Assembly (NCBI GenBank): GCA_023409735.1
Contig: JAEYRB010000010.1
Span: 153,404 to 217,403, forward strand
Direction of reading: 5' to 3'
Source: Bacillota bacterium
GTDB lineage: Bacteria; Bacillota; Clostridia; Acetivibrionales; DTU013
DNA length: 64,000 nt
Within the stretch, counting starts at the first letter, position 1. Each line of letters opens with the position of its first letter. The notes under the pieces were generated by a model. The model saw only the letters and a list, made by a program, of their open reading frames with translations, ran no database searches and was not told the DNA's origin. A program made the position numbers and the translations under genes. Below, piece by piece: positions 50,385 to 61,566 of the stretch.

Positions 50385-51692
50385 ATGAAGAGTACCAAAA
50401 ATTTTAATACGCCTGCGATGTTCCTTATTCTTGAGGGCATTGCATATACAACGGTATTTAACCTTTACAACCCGTTCATCCAGATGTTCGCAAAGAGAAT
50501 GGGCGGGAATGATCTGCACACAGCGCTCCTGAATGCATTACCCCCTTTAGTGGCAATTTTCACACTAATACCGTTGGGCATTGCAATTGAACGAGTTAAT
50601 CGCAAAAGGCAAATTGTTCTACTGCTACTGCTTTTTATGAGCGCATTTTTCGCAGCAATATCGTTTACGCCTGTTTTACCTCAATCAGCAAGGGTTATGG
50701 TATATGTGGTAGCAATTGGACTCCTGAATCTACCGGGAGCGCTATACCTGGCTACATGGCAGTCATATTTTGCAGATAATTTTGAAGGCTCTTTTGCCAA
50801 CCGTATTTATACTTTAAGGAGCAAATATTCTCAATTTGCAGGGCTTATTACAGTACTTATAACCGGATTGGCCTTAACATATATACCAAAGTCTGATGCT
50901 CAGAGAATTGATATTTACAGGATTTTTTACCTGCTCTGCTTTGCACTGACGCTGGTGCAGCTGTACTTTTTTTCTAAAGTGAAGGGCAAACAGCCTGCAC
51001 ATTATAACATGAGTATAGCAGCCCGGCAGCAAGACGGCGGGGGACAGTCAGGCCGCTCATATGATTTTACCTTAAAAGACCTTCGGGAGATGCTTACTAA
51101 CAAAAAGTTTGTAATATTTTGTGGCTGCGGCCTTGTTTTTCACTTTTCGTGGCAGATGGCCTGGCCTGCACTTTTTATTTATCACACTCAATATGCGTCT
51201 CTTAACGAACTGCAGCTCAGTATATTAAGTCTATTCAACGGACTTGCACAAGTCGTATCCTTTTCATTATGGAGCAAATTAATAGAAAAGAAAGGGAGCA
51301 ATCTGGTTATGGCTATTAGTGCGTCAGGCTTTGCAGTTGTACCTCTGATGTACTCCATGACCTTGCTGAGTTTTCCTGTTATCACACTTTTAAACGCGAT
51401 TGGCGGAGTGTTTATGGCAGGCTTCAGTCTGTCGCTGTTCCTGGGTCTTCTTGAAACGTTGCCTGAAGGAAAGAAAACGGTTTATGTATCGGTTTTTAAT
51501 ACGCTGATCAACATAACGGGATTTTTTGCTCCATTGGTGGGGACATGGTTTTATACCAGGACAAACATATTTTTCATACTGTTCGCAGCAGGAATTCTGC
51601 GCTTGCTCGGCACCTTCCTTTATCTTCTGAGATGGTACAGTATCAAGAAGCGTCAGCGGCATGATAATGTGACTGCTGCAGTTCATCGATAA
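50385..51692 (+). CDS. MFS transporter
   Basis: About 12 hydrophobic segments in two halves separated by a charged loop. Confidence 0.8.
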   Translation: MKSTKNFNTPAMFLILEGIAYTTVFNLYNPFIQMFAKRMGGNDLHTALLNALPPLVAIFTLIPLGIAIERVNRKRQIVLLLLLFMSAFFAAISFTPVLPQSARVMVYVVAIGLLNLPGALYLATWQSYFADNFEGSFANRIYTLRSKYSQFAGLITVLITGLALTYIPKSDAQRIDIYRIFYLLCFALTLVQLYFFSKVKGKQPAHYNMSIAARQQDGGGQSGRSYDFTLKDLREMLTNKKFVIFCGCGLVFHFSWQMAWPALFIYHTQYASLNELQLSILSLFNGLAQVVSFSLWSKLIEKKGSNLVMAISASGFAVVPLMYSMTLLSFPVITLLNAIGGVFMAGFSLSLFLGLLETLPEGKKTVYVSVFNTLINITGFFAPLVGTWFYTRTNIFFILFAAGILRLLGTFLYLLRWYSIKKRQRHDNVTAAVHR

Positions 51693-51963
51693 CAGCTTAG
51701 CACCCGGATCCGGTTCTCTTACAGTAGTTGCTATTGCTAAATTTTTGCTATTTGGGTATATTATTGTGAGAGTATGAATTTTTGCAATTATAAAAATGCA
51801 TAATTGTTTATGAAATTTGTAATTAATTATGAAAGCTCGGACTTGCCTGGAGAACGGCTGCTGATAAATGAATGCAGAAGGTAGATTTTACTGTTTATCG
51901 GGCTGTTAGACCTAAGATATGGACGAAAGTCAATATGAACTCTAATTATCATAGAAAGCCAAT

Positions 51964-53868
51964 ATGGAGGATATTATGCCCGTTACTATAAGAGATGATA
52001 TATTGCAAAGTGTAGAAAAGCCGGCAAGATATACAGGCGGAGAATTGAACTGTGTCCTGAAGGATCATTCCTCAGTAGACATAAAATTTGCATTTTGCTT
52101 TCCTGATGTATATGAAGTAGGAATGTCTCATCTGGGGATGAAAATACTTTACCACCTTCTCAATGAGCGTGAGGATACCTGTTGCGAAAGGGTTTTCGCT
52201 CCATGGACGGATATGGAGGCGAGAATGCGCGAAAATAACATTCCCCTGTTTGCGCTGGAATCAAAGGAGCCTGTGGGCAGCTTTGACTTTATCGGCTTCA
52301 CGCTTCAATATGAAATGAGCTACACGAATATACTCAATATGCTCGACCTCTCCGGTGTTCCTCTATTGAGTGCAGATAGAGGCGAGGATCAACCCTTTGT
52401 ATGTGCCGGCGGTCCATGTGCATATAATCCTGAGCCGCTTGCGGATTTTATAGATTTCTTCATGCTTGGAGAAGGAGAAGAAATTATTAATGAGGTAATG
52501 GATGCATACAAGGCATGGAAAAAGGAAGGCTCCTCCAGGGAGAGCTTCCTCAGCAGGATCGCAGCTATTGAAGGTATTTATGTTCCACGCTTCTACAAGA
52601 CCACATATAATGATGATGGAACAATTAAGGCAGTTGAGCCTGTAAGTCCGTCATATCCGGCAAAGATCAGAAAAAGAATTATTAAGGATATGGACAACAT
52701 ATACTACCCTGATAAGCTGGTGGTGCCATATACATCTATCGTTCACGACAGAATAATGCTTGAGCTTTTCAGAGGCTGCACAAGAGGCTGTAGGTTTTGC
52801 CAGGCCGGATTTGTGTACAGACCTGTAAGGGAGAGAACGCCTGAGAAACTTCTGGAGATGGCAAAGAAGCTTGAAAAGAGTACAGGCTACGAGGAAATAT
52901 CGCTTACATCACTCAGCACCAGCGATTACTCTGGACTGCCATGTCTTACGTCAGGCCTCATTGAGGAGATGGAGCCTATGAAGGTGAATTTAGCATTACC
53001 TTCACTTCGTATTGATTCCTTTTCACTTGACCTGATGGAAAAGGTGCAAAAGGTCCGCAAGAGCGGCCTCACCTTTGCTCCGGAGGCAGGAACACAGCAC
53101 CTGAGAGATGTAATAAACAAGGGAGTAACGGAAGAGGATCTGCTGAGCTCTGTAAGCCTTGCTTTCCGTGGTGGATGGAATGGCGTTAAGCTCTACTTCA
53201 TGATAGGACTGCCATTTGAAACTATGGAGGATGTGGAAGGCATAGCCGACCTGGGCATGAAGGTCGTCAACGAGTACCTGAAGATTCCAAAAGGCCAGCG
53301 GGCCAGAGGAATGGAGGTCACTATAAGCACCTCATCCTTTGTGCCAAAGCCATTTACACCTTTCCAGTGGGAAGCACAGGACACTATGGACAAATTATCC
53401 GAAAAACAGCATTTCTTAAAAAGTAACCTGAAGGACAGACATCTGAAATATAACTGGCATGATACAAAGACAAGTCTTTTAGAGGCGGTATTTGCACGGG
53501 GAGACAGGAAAACAGGAAAGGTGCTCGCTAAAGCTTGGAGCCTGGGATGCAAATTCGACAGCTGGGGAGATCTTTTTAATTATAATTTATGGATGAAGGC
53601 ATTCGACGAATGCGGGATTGATCCTGCATTCTATGCTAATAGAAAACGATCCTATGATGAAGTGTTCCCGTGGGATCACATAGACATAGGCGTATCAAAG
53701 AAATTTCTGATAAATGAGAACCGCAAGGCTGAAAAGGGCGAGGTCACAGTCAACTGCATGAAATCATGTGCAGGCTGCGGTGTAGCTTCCTTTGAATGCG
53801 GTATCTGCAGTACAAAAGGGGCAAAGACTGCACAGGGCTGCAATGAAGGGGGGGCTGAACGTGAATAG
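51964..53868 (+). CDS. uncharacterised B12-binding-domain radical SAM protein (TIGR03960-like)
   Basis: VEKPARYTGGELN N-terminus and radical-SAM CTRGCRFCQAG motif, ~630 aa; start could be ATG 51976 (GGAGGA upstream). Confidence 0.8.
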   Translation: MEDIMPVTIRDDILQSVEKPARYTGGELNCVLKDHSSVDIKFAFCFPDVYEVGMSHLGMKILYHLLNEREDTCCERVFAPWTDMEARMRENNIPLFALESKEPVGSFDFIGFTLQYEMSYTNILNMLDLSGVPLLSADRGEDQPFVCAGGPCAYNPEPLADFIDFFMLGEGEEIINEVMDAYKAWKKEGSSRESFLSRIAAIEGIYVPRFYKTTYNDDGTIKAVEPVSPSYPAKIRKRIIKDMDNIYYPDKLVVPYTSIVHDRIMLELFRGCTRGCRFCQAGFVYRPVRERTPEKLLEMAKKLEKSTGYEEISLTSLSTSDYSGLPCLTSGLIEEMEPMKVNLALPSLRIDSFSLDLMEKVQKVRKSGLTFAPEAGTQHLRDVINKGVTEEDLLSSVSLAFRGGWNGVKLYFMIGLPFETMEDVEGIADLGMKVVNEYLKIPKGQRARGMEVTISTSSFVPKPFTPFQWEAQDTMDKLSEKQHFLKSNLKDRHLKYNWHDTKTSLLEAVFARGDRKTGKVLAKAWSLGCKFDSWGDLFNYNLWMKAFDECGIDPAFYANRKRSYDEVFPWDHIDIGVSKKFLINENRKAEKGEVTVNCMKSCAGCGVASFECGICSTKGAKTAQGCNEGGAERE

Positions 53869-54595
53869 TATACGTGTTCGCTTTACACGAGGAGATGAAG
53901 TAAAATTCATATCTCACCTTGACTTAATGAAGGTGTTCGAAAGAGCTATCAGGCGCTCCGGTTTGCCCATAGCATACTCACAGGGTTATAACCCGCACCC
54001 CGGAATGGTTTTCGGCCTTCCGCTTTCTGTGGGGACTACAAGTTGTGGTGAATATGCCGATTTTGAACTGAGCCGTGAAATCGATGCAGATGAATTCATG
54101 GATACTCTTAACAAGTGCCTTCCATGCGGGATCAATATAACCGATGCTGCTGAAAAAAACGTTAAGTCGAATATTATGGCGTCAATAGCACAGGCTGATT
54201 ATTCAATAGACATATTTCTGCATGAAACTCTCTCGCAGCAGGAGGCAGAAGAAAAGCTCAAAAGTATGATGAGTTTGGAACAGATCATTGTAATGAAGAC
54301 AGGAAAGGCCGGCAGCAAAGAGGTAGACGTAAAACCGCTCATAGTAAATGTAAGGCTGGAGAAAATTGAAATGGTGCCTGCCGGCTATGAAGCTTTTGAA
54401 ACGGCCTTCACATTAAAATGTACATTTAAGGCAGGAAGTGCCTCTAACCTAAGGCCGGAGCTGTTCGTGGCAGCGCTGTCCAAGTATGGGGTATTTGCTG
54501 TTGAAGCGTCCCGATTCCACAGAGATACTCTTTATGTAGAAAAAAACGGAGTTATGATAGATCCGATGGACACAGCAGTATTGAATGAAGCGTAA
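53861..54595 (+). CDS. radical-SAM-linked protein (TIGR03936/DUF2344-like)
   Basis: IRVRFTRGDEVKFISHLDLMKVFERAIRRSGLPIAYSQGYNPHP; GTG 53861 overlaps the upstream stop (GTGAATAG). Confidence 0.7.
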   Translation: MNSIRVRFTRGDEVKFISHLDLMKVFERAIRRSGLPIAYSQGYNPHPGMVFGLPLSVGTTSCGEYADFELSREIDADEFMDTLNKCLPCGINITDAAEKNVKSNIMASIAQADYSIDIFLHETLSQQEAEEKLKSMMSLEQIIVMKTGKAGSKEVDVKPLIVNVRLEKIEMVPAGYEAFETAFTLKCTFKAGSASNLRPELFVAALSKYGVFAVEASRFHRDTLYVEKNGVMIDPMDTAVLNEA

Positions 54596-54668
54596 GCGAT
54601 AATGTTCAATAAACATTTGATGGATATAGTGGAAACATACTAATAAAATATAGCTTGTCTTATTATTA

Positions 54669-55985
54669 ATGGGCGGTGGAATTTTGAAGAGTGAATTAAT
54701 AGTTGATGTAGGAATTGGAGAAAACAGAGTTGCTCTGTTGGAGGATGATGAGCTCGCGGAAATATACCTCGAAAACAGCAGCAGTGAAAGACTGGTGGGA
54801 AACATATACAGGGGAAAGGTAACAAGCGTCCTACCGGGAATGCAGGCGGCCTTTATTGACATAGGGTATGAAAAGAATGCGTTTTTGTATGCCGGTGACG
54901 TTATTGAAAAGAAGGAATACTCTGATGACGAGGATGATGATTCCAATGGCAGCCACGACTGCAACATTGCAGATGTGCTCAAAGCAGGGCAGGAGCTGAC
55001 TGTTCAGGTGATCAAGGAACCAATAGGCTCAAAAGGACCAAGAGTTACCACCAATATCACTCTTCCCGGAAGGCACCTGGTGCTTTTACCGGGGGCAAAT
55101 TATACCGGTGTATCCAGAAGAATTGAAAGCGAGAGCGAAAGAGCAAAGCTAAAAAATGCAGCAGAGAGGATCAAGCCTGACGGAATGGGGCTTATTGTCA
55201 GAACAGCTTCCGAAGGAAAGGAAGAGGAGGACTTTATAGATGACCTTGGCTTTCTTGTTAAGCTATGGGATAACATAAAAAAGAAGGAGAAAAGCGGACC
55301 TGTTCCACGGTGCATGCATAAGGATCTTGGCCTGATATCCAGAACAGTGCGCGATATGTTCACAAGGGACATCAACAAGTTTGTTATAAACAGCAGGGAA
55401 GAATACGAGAAGGTACTTGAAATAGTTGATATGCTGTCGCCTGCGCTAAAATGCAGGGTTGAGTATTACAGCAAGGATTATGATATATTTGAGTATTACC
55501 AGCTGGAATCCAAGATCGCAAGAGCTCTTTCCAGAAGGGTCTGGCTGAAGTGCGGAGGCTATCTGGTTATAGACAGGACAGAGGCTCTGACCGTTATTGA
55601 TGTAAACACAGGTAAATATGTAGGTGCCAACAGCCTGGAAAACACCGTCGTGAAGACAAATATTGAGGCGGCCAGAGAAATTGCCAAGCAGATCAGGCTT
55701 CGGGATATTGGGGGCATAATAATAATCGACTTTATAGATATGCATGAGCATGAGCATCAGCAAATGGTGCTTGATGAGCTCAAACAGGCACTTAGAAGGG
55801 ATAGGACCAAGACAACGGTGGTTGGTATGACGGGACTTGGACTAATAGAGATGACAAGGAAAAAGGTGCGTAAGGAGCTTTCAACACAGCTCATAACAGA
55901 CTGCCCGTGTTGTGATGGAACCGGAAAGGTCATTTCGCCTAAAGCTGCTGCACATAATGTAGAAAAGGAGATAATGAGGAAATAA
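54669..55985 (+). CDS. rng: ribonuclease G/E family (Rng/CafA-like)
   Basis: S1 domain (VGNIYRGKVTSVLPGMQAAFIDIG), catalytic region (LTVIDVNTGKYVG, GIIIIDFIDM) and Zn-link CPCCDGTG; start may be TTG 54684. Confidence 0.85.
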   Translation: MGGGILKSELIVDVGIGENRVALLEDDELAEIYLENSSSERLVGNIYRGKVTSVLPGMQAAFIDIGYEKNAFLYAGDVIEKKEYSDDEDDDSNGSHDCNIADVLKAGQELTVQVIKEPIGSKGPRVTTNITLPGRHLVLLPGANYTGVSRRIESESERAKLKNAAERIKPDGMGLIVRTASEGKEEEDFIDDLGFLVKLWDNIKKKEKSGPVPRCMHKDLGLISRTVRDMFTRDINKFVINSREEYEKVLEIVDMLSPALKCRVEYYSKDYDIFEYYQLESKIARALSRRVWLKCGGYLVIDRTEALTVIDVNTGKYVGANSLENTVVKTNIEAAREIAKQIRLRDIGGIIIIDFIDMHEHEHQQMVLDELKQALRRDRTKTTVVGMTGLGLIEMTRKKVRKELSTQLITDCPCCDGTGKVISPKAAAHNVEKEIMRK

Positions 55986-55997
55986 AAAACAGGGACA

Positions 55998-56115
55998 TTG
56001 ACAATAAAACTCTTGTGTGTTAAACTATTTCGGTAACCGCTCGGGCAGGGCTTCAAAATGCGACAATATTCGCTGCCTTATTTCCGGCGAGTCTGTTAAC
56101 AGGAGGTATAAACCC
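55998..56115 (+). promoter_or_regulatory. rplU promoter and structured leader (possible L21-leader type)
   Basis: TTGACA 55998-56003, 17 nt, TAAACT 56021-56026; the leader forms nested pairings CTCG/CGAG, GGCAG/CTGCC and GCGA/TCGC before the AGGAGG RBS. Confidence 0.45.
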
Positions 56116-56427
56116 ATGTATGCTGTTATTGAAACAGGTGGTAAGCAATACAAGGTGCAGGAAGGCGATGTAGTCTTTATAGAGAAGCTCGATGTTGAGG
56201 ATGGAGCTGCAGTTACCTTTGATAAGGTTCTGGCAGTTTCTGACGAAGGGAATGTGACTTTTGGAAAGCCATTAGTTGAGAATGCATTTGTGTCTGCAAA
56301 AGTGCTTGGACAAGGTAAGGATAAGAAAATTATCGTTTTCAAGTACAAGGCAAAGAAGAACTACAGAAATAAGAACGGACACAGACAGCCATATACTAAA
56401 GTACAGATAGAAAAGATCAGTGTATAA
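56116..56427 (+). CDS. rplU: 50S ribosomal protein L21
   Basis: [18 protein letters not shown]...; AGGAGG 9 nt upstream. Confidence 0.95.
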   Translation: MYAVIETGGKQYKVQEGDVVFIEKLDVEDGAAVTFDKVLAVSDEGNVTFGKPLVENAFVSAKVLGQGKDKKIIVFKYKAKKNYRNKNGHRQPYTKVQIEKISV

Positions 56428-56446
56428 TTGATCTCAGGCTTGTGAA

Positions 56447-56779
56447 ATGATTAAGGCAATAGTAGGTAAGAATTTATCGGGTTCTATAAGGCGCTTAAGC
56501 ATAAAGGGGCATTCGGGCTATGCAGAAGAAGGACAGGACATTATATGCTCCGCTGTTTCTGCAATAGCATATACGACAGCCGGTGCGCTCGGTGAACTGG
56601 CAGGCATTGAAGAATGCTACAGTGAAGCTTCAGGGTACATGATGATCAGTCTGCCTGAGAATATAACGGCACAGCAGGAAGCAACTGCCGAGATTATACT
56701 CCGCACGGCAGAGATAGGCTTAAAGCAAATAGAACTCTCATATGGTAAATATGTAGTAGTAGTTGAAGAGGAGGTGTAA
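56447..56779 (+). CDS. prp: ribosomal-processing cysteine protease Prp
   Basis: [20 protein letters not shown] signature; located between rplU and rpmA. Confidence 0.85.
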   Translation: MIKAIVGKNLSGSIRRLSIKGHSGYAEEGQDIICSAVSAIAYTTAGALGELAGIEECYSEASGYMMISLPENITAQQEATAEIILRTAEIGLKQIELSYGKYVVVVEEEV

Positions 56780-56783
56780 TCCG

Positions 56784-57062
56784 ATGATTAAAATTAATCT
56801 CCAGCTGTTCGCTCACAAAAAGGGAGTTGGCAGCTCAAGAAACGGCCGTGACAGTGCGGCTCAAAGACTCGGTGTCAAGAGGGCTGACGGACAGTTTGTT
56901 CTGGCCGGCAACATTCTTGTAAGACAAAGAGGTACAAAGATTCATCCTGGCGAGAATGTAGGAATAGGCAAGGATGACACCCTTTTTGCTCTGGCTGATG
57001 GAAAGGTTAAGTTTGAAAGACTGGGCAAGGACAAAAAGCAGTGTAGTATAGTAGTTGGTTAA
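56784..57062 (+). CDS. rpmA: 50S ribosomal protein L27 with Prp-cleavable N-terminal extension
   Basis: [24 protein letters not shown]...; GAGGAGG upstream of ATG 56784. Confidence 0.95.
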   Translation: MIKINLQLFAHKKGVGSSRNGRDSAAQRLGVKRADGQFVLAGNILVRQRGTKIHPGENVGIGKDDTLFALADGKVKFERLGKDKKQCSIVVG

Positions 57063-57077
57063 TATGTATAAAATAAG

Positions 57078-57106
57078 TCCCGGCAGAACTAGCCGGGATT
57101 TTTTTC
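57078..57106 (+). terminator. intrinsic terminator after rpmA
   Basis: TCCCGGC-agaacta-GCCGGGA followed by T8. Confidence 0.85.
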
Positions 57107-57201
57107 TTATACGGCATTGCCCGAAGGGCACACAGCAAAAAGGCAAGAGGTGCTTGATGCCGGTATTTTTCTTATACCGGGCATTTGCATGCTGACACTA
57201 A

Positions 57202-58497
<1,296 letters not shown>

Positions 58498-58512
58498 TAG
58501 TTTTAAATTTAT

Positions 58513-58735
58513 CAAGGGCAATAAATCGGAACAGAGTAATGAGAATATACGAAGGGCAATCAATCAGTACGCAATAATGTGAATGTATGAAGGACATTTA
58601 TTCGGAATAGAATAATGGGAATATACGAAGGACATTTATTCCAACGAATTAATTTATTGCGACCATATTTATTGAAAATATGGCAAAAGCATTTATCCAA
58701 GAATGAATAATATTGTGGAAAACATTCAACAGCTT
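58513..58735. repeat. ~38-bp degenerate tandem array (5-6 units) downstream of obg
   Basis: (C/G)AAGG(G/A)CA(A/T)T... units starting at 58513, 58551, 58589 and 58627, then looser copies at 58674 and 58718. Confidence 0.8.
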
Positions 58736-58807
58736 ATCAACATACTCTGTGCGGGATAAGCTACTATGAAATTTGAGCCGGTGCACAGCGGCAGAATGGC
58801 GGTTTAT

Positions 58808-59098
58808 ATGCTTACTAGCAAGCAGAGAAGCTATCTTAAAAGCTTATCAAATACAATGGAGCCTATATTTCAGGTAGGCAAGGGCGGAATTGGCGATAAT
58901 ATGGTAAAACAGTTCAGCGATGCTCTTGAGGCAAGGGAGCTGATCAAGGCGTCTGTCCTGAGAAATTCTGAGGCGAGTGCCCGGGAAGTATGCGAAGAGC
59001 TTGCACAACTGACCGGTGCTGAGGTCGTGCAGGTTATTGGCAATAAGTTTGTACTTTACAAGGAATCAGAAAAGCACAAGGAGATTGTGCTGGAATAA
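58808..59098 (+). CDS. yhbY: YhbY-family (CRM domain) ribosome-assembly RNA-binding protein
   Basis: MLTSKQRSYLKSLSNTMEPIFQVGKGGI...; start chosen at ATG 58808 by family N-terminus (track ORF from 58766). Confidence 0.8.
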   Translation: MLTSKQRSYLKSLSNTMEPIFQVGKGGIGDNMVKQFSDALEARELIKASVLRNSEASAREVCEELAQLTGAEVVQVIGNKFVLYKESEKHKEIVLE

Positions 59099-59107
59099 AG
59101 TTTCTTA

Positions 59108-59743
59108 CTAGCCTCTCTTTTTTGTGAGGGAATCAATAATTTCGCTGTATATCTCGGAAGAATGCTTTTCCCAGCTTTCACACACAGCTCGGGCATCCTT
59201 TCTTGTACCAACAGCAGCTTTCAGTTCTATGAGAGGGAAGTCTTTCTCACCGATTCTGCAAATGACAGTGAACTTATTTTCACTTTCCGGGACAAAATCT
59301 GCTGAGATGAGCATTTCACTCTCAATTTGTTTTTTTGCGCCGGGAAGCATATTATCCAGTTGTTTTCTGATTCCCGGAGAAATTAGATTAATAAAATACT
59401 GCAGCGCCTTTTTCCCTGCCGGAGTGATTACGAAGCCGCTAACACTGTCACTTCCTTTAGTACTGCCAATACTACTGTCAATACTGCTTGCATTTCCGCC
59501 GATACTTCTGTCAACATTACTGCCGATACTACTCTCGGCTTTTTTGATCTCAGCAGGCTTTATATGCATTCCGTCAAGCAGCTCATTGAAGCACTGCTGA
59601 AAAACGAAATAATTCATAAGCCTGGTTTCCAGCACCAGAGTAGTTAGATCATTATTGCTGACCGGCATGTTGAGTTTGTCCATTATATACATGATTATAA
59701 GCTTGTTCTGCACTATTTCGCTGCTGCTGCCCAATGAATTCAT
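59108..59743 (-). CDS. DUF4364-family protein with a Ser/Gly/Ile-rich repeat insertion
   Basis: KLIIMYIMDKLNMPVSNNDLTTLVLETRLMNYFVFQQCFNELL resembles DUF4364; GGGGG 7 nt before ATG 59743. Confidence 0.6.
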   Translation of the reverse strand: MNSLGSSSEIVQNKLIIMYIMDKLNMPVSNNDLTTLVLETRLMNYFVFQQCFNELLDGMHIKPAEIKKAESSIGSNVDRSIGGNASSIDSSIGSTKGSDSVSGFVITPAGKKALQYFINLISPGIRKQLDNMLPGAKKQIESEMLISADFVPESENKFTVICRIGEKDFPLIELKAAVGTRKDARAVCESWEKHSSEIYSEIIDSLTKKRG

Positions 59744-60136
59744 TTCGCTGCCCCCAAATAAATCTGGAATTTGTCGTAACATACCTTTGTAATATACTAG
59801 TGAAACTATTATAACATTTTCCTTATTCATTATGAATCTAATATACAATATTACTATAAAATCATACATTATTATGATATAGCATTGTTAATGATAAATG
59901 CAATGTGTCATATTTTCTCATAAACATATTGCTATTTTATATTGAAAGACTGGTGTCACTGTTGTATTATGTGAAATTAGAGGTTGTTGAGAGAATTGCA
60001 ACCTCTATATTTGCAGCTTGACCTTGAAAGTTAAGCCTCTCAAAATCAGTTGAGAATTTGTGACAAAGCTCAAGAAGTCAGCTTCTTTTAAGTGGCAGAC
60101 AGATAATCAACAACAATAATGGAAGGATAGATGAGT

Positions 60137-60970
60137 ATGAAAAAAATAGTAACAATACAGGATATATCGTGTGTGGGTAAATGCTCTTTAACAGTAGCTC
60201 TACCGATCATATCAGCTATGGGAGTTGAAACCGCGATTATTCCAACAGCGGTACTGTCTACTCATACAATGTTTAAGAATTTTACATTCCACGATCTAAC
60301 AAGTGAAATCGTTCCGATTGCAGAGCATTGGAAGAGTGAAAATATTGGATTTGATGCTATTTACACAGGATATCTGGGATCCTTTGAGCAGATAGATATA
60401 GTATCTAAGTTCTTTGAGGATTTCAAGACAGATGACAATCTGATATTTGTAGATCCAGTTATGGCTGATAATGGAAAATTATATCCTGCATTTAATGAAG
60501 CTTTTGCCAAGGAAATGGCAAAGCTGTGCGGCAAAGCAGATATTATTGTTCCCAATCTGACAGAAGCTCATTTTATGACAGATATACCATATAAGGAAAG
60601 CTATGATGAGGAATATATTAAAGAAATGCTTCAGGCACTGCTTGCTCTTGGCCCGAAAATAGCGGTACTCACCGGAGTGTGTCTGGAACCCGGCAAGACA
60701 GGAATTATGGGCTTGGATGGAGAAACCGGAGAGTACTTCCACTATTACCATGAGAGGCTTGATGCTATATATCATGGTACAGGTGACATCTTTGCCAGCA
60801 CGACAGTAGGTGCTCTTATGAATGGTAAAGGAATTTCAGAATCATTCAAGATTGCTGCTGATTATACGCTTGAAACGATACGCGCTACAATGAATAGCGA
60901 TGATAAGGCTTGGTATGGCGTGGATTTTGAGACAACGATACCGCTGCTGCTTAAAATTCTTGGCAAATAG
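60137..60970 (+). CDS. pdxK: pyridoxal/pyridoxamine kinase (ribokinase superfamily)
   Basis: KKIVTIQDISCVGKCSLTVALPIISAMGVE...DPVMADNGKLY...GTGDIFAS. Confidence 0.8.
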   Translation: MKKIVTIQDISCVGKCSLTVALPIISAMGVETAIIPTAVLSTHTMFKNFTFHDLTSEIVPIAEHWKSENIGFDAIYTGYLGSFEQIDIVSKFFEDFKTDDNLIFVDPVMADNGKLYPAFNEAFAKEMAKLCGKADIIVPNLTEAHFMTDIPYKESYDEEYIKEMLQALLALGPKIAVLTGVCLEPGKTGIMGLDGETGEYFHYYHERLDAIYHGTGDIFASTTVGALMNGKGISESFKIAADYTLETIRATMNSDDKAWYGVDFETTIPLLLKILGK

Positions 60971-61169
60971 ATTATTTGGCACACCTTCAATATACTTTGG
61001 AAATTAAGTATGATAATTTGTTAATTCACTAAGTATGAGAGGCAGAGAAGATACTACGGGCTTGTGAAGCTGAACTCAATAGTAAACGTGCTCAGCTCAA
61101 ACCTGTGTATCTTTGCAGTACATTATAACATGCTGAGACTCTGCCTCATACTCCTCACTAGAATCCTGT

Positions 61170-61334
61170 CTAGCTCTTATTCTTCGGGGAAAGCTTTTTC
61201 TCAACCGCCTTGTAGCCGGAAACAACACCCTCCTCCATCTTTTTTGCACCGGAGGCTACTCCTTCTTCCATTTTCTTATAGCCTGCAGCTATGCCTTTCT
61301 CAATTTTCTTTTCAGTCTTCTTAATTTTATCCAC
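61170..61334 (-). CDS. 54-aa small protein absent from the ORF track, with internal G-YKK-EEGV repeats
   Basis: AAGGAGGAG then 6 nt then GTG at 61334; my translation is MDKIKKTEKKIEKGIAAGYKKMEEGVASGAKKMEEGVVSGYKAVEKKLSPKNKS*, stop at 61170-61172. Confidence 0.55.
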   Translation of the reverse strand: MDKIKKTEKKIEKGIAAGYKKMEEGVASGAKKMEEGVVSGYKAVEKKLSPKNKS

Positions 61335-61566
61335 GTTTTTGCTCCTCCTTGTAATTAGTTATTACCAATAAAATATGTTTTACTGTAAAACAAGTAAAAA
61401 ATATTTTTAATGTAAAAGAAAGGCTGAAAAAGGGCGTTTTCGTTTACATTTGGAAGACAGGAAAGTTGATTATTGGTTGACTCACTATGAAAACTTGTAC
61501 TATAATAGTTTAAAATATAAATATTTACATCCTAAGGCAAAAACTAGGAAAAAGGGAGGATTTGTG

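Noticed and set aside
61064-61324. 86-aa plus-strand ORF
   Set aside because: It starts at GTG without an RBS and has Leu/Ser/Cys-rich composition. The opposite strand carries a small ORF with a strong RBS.
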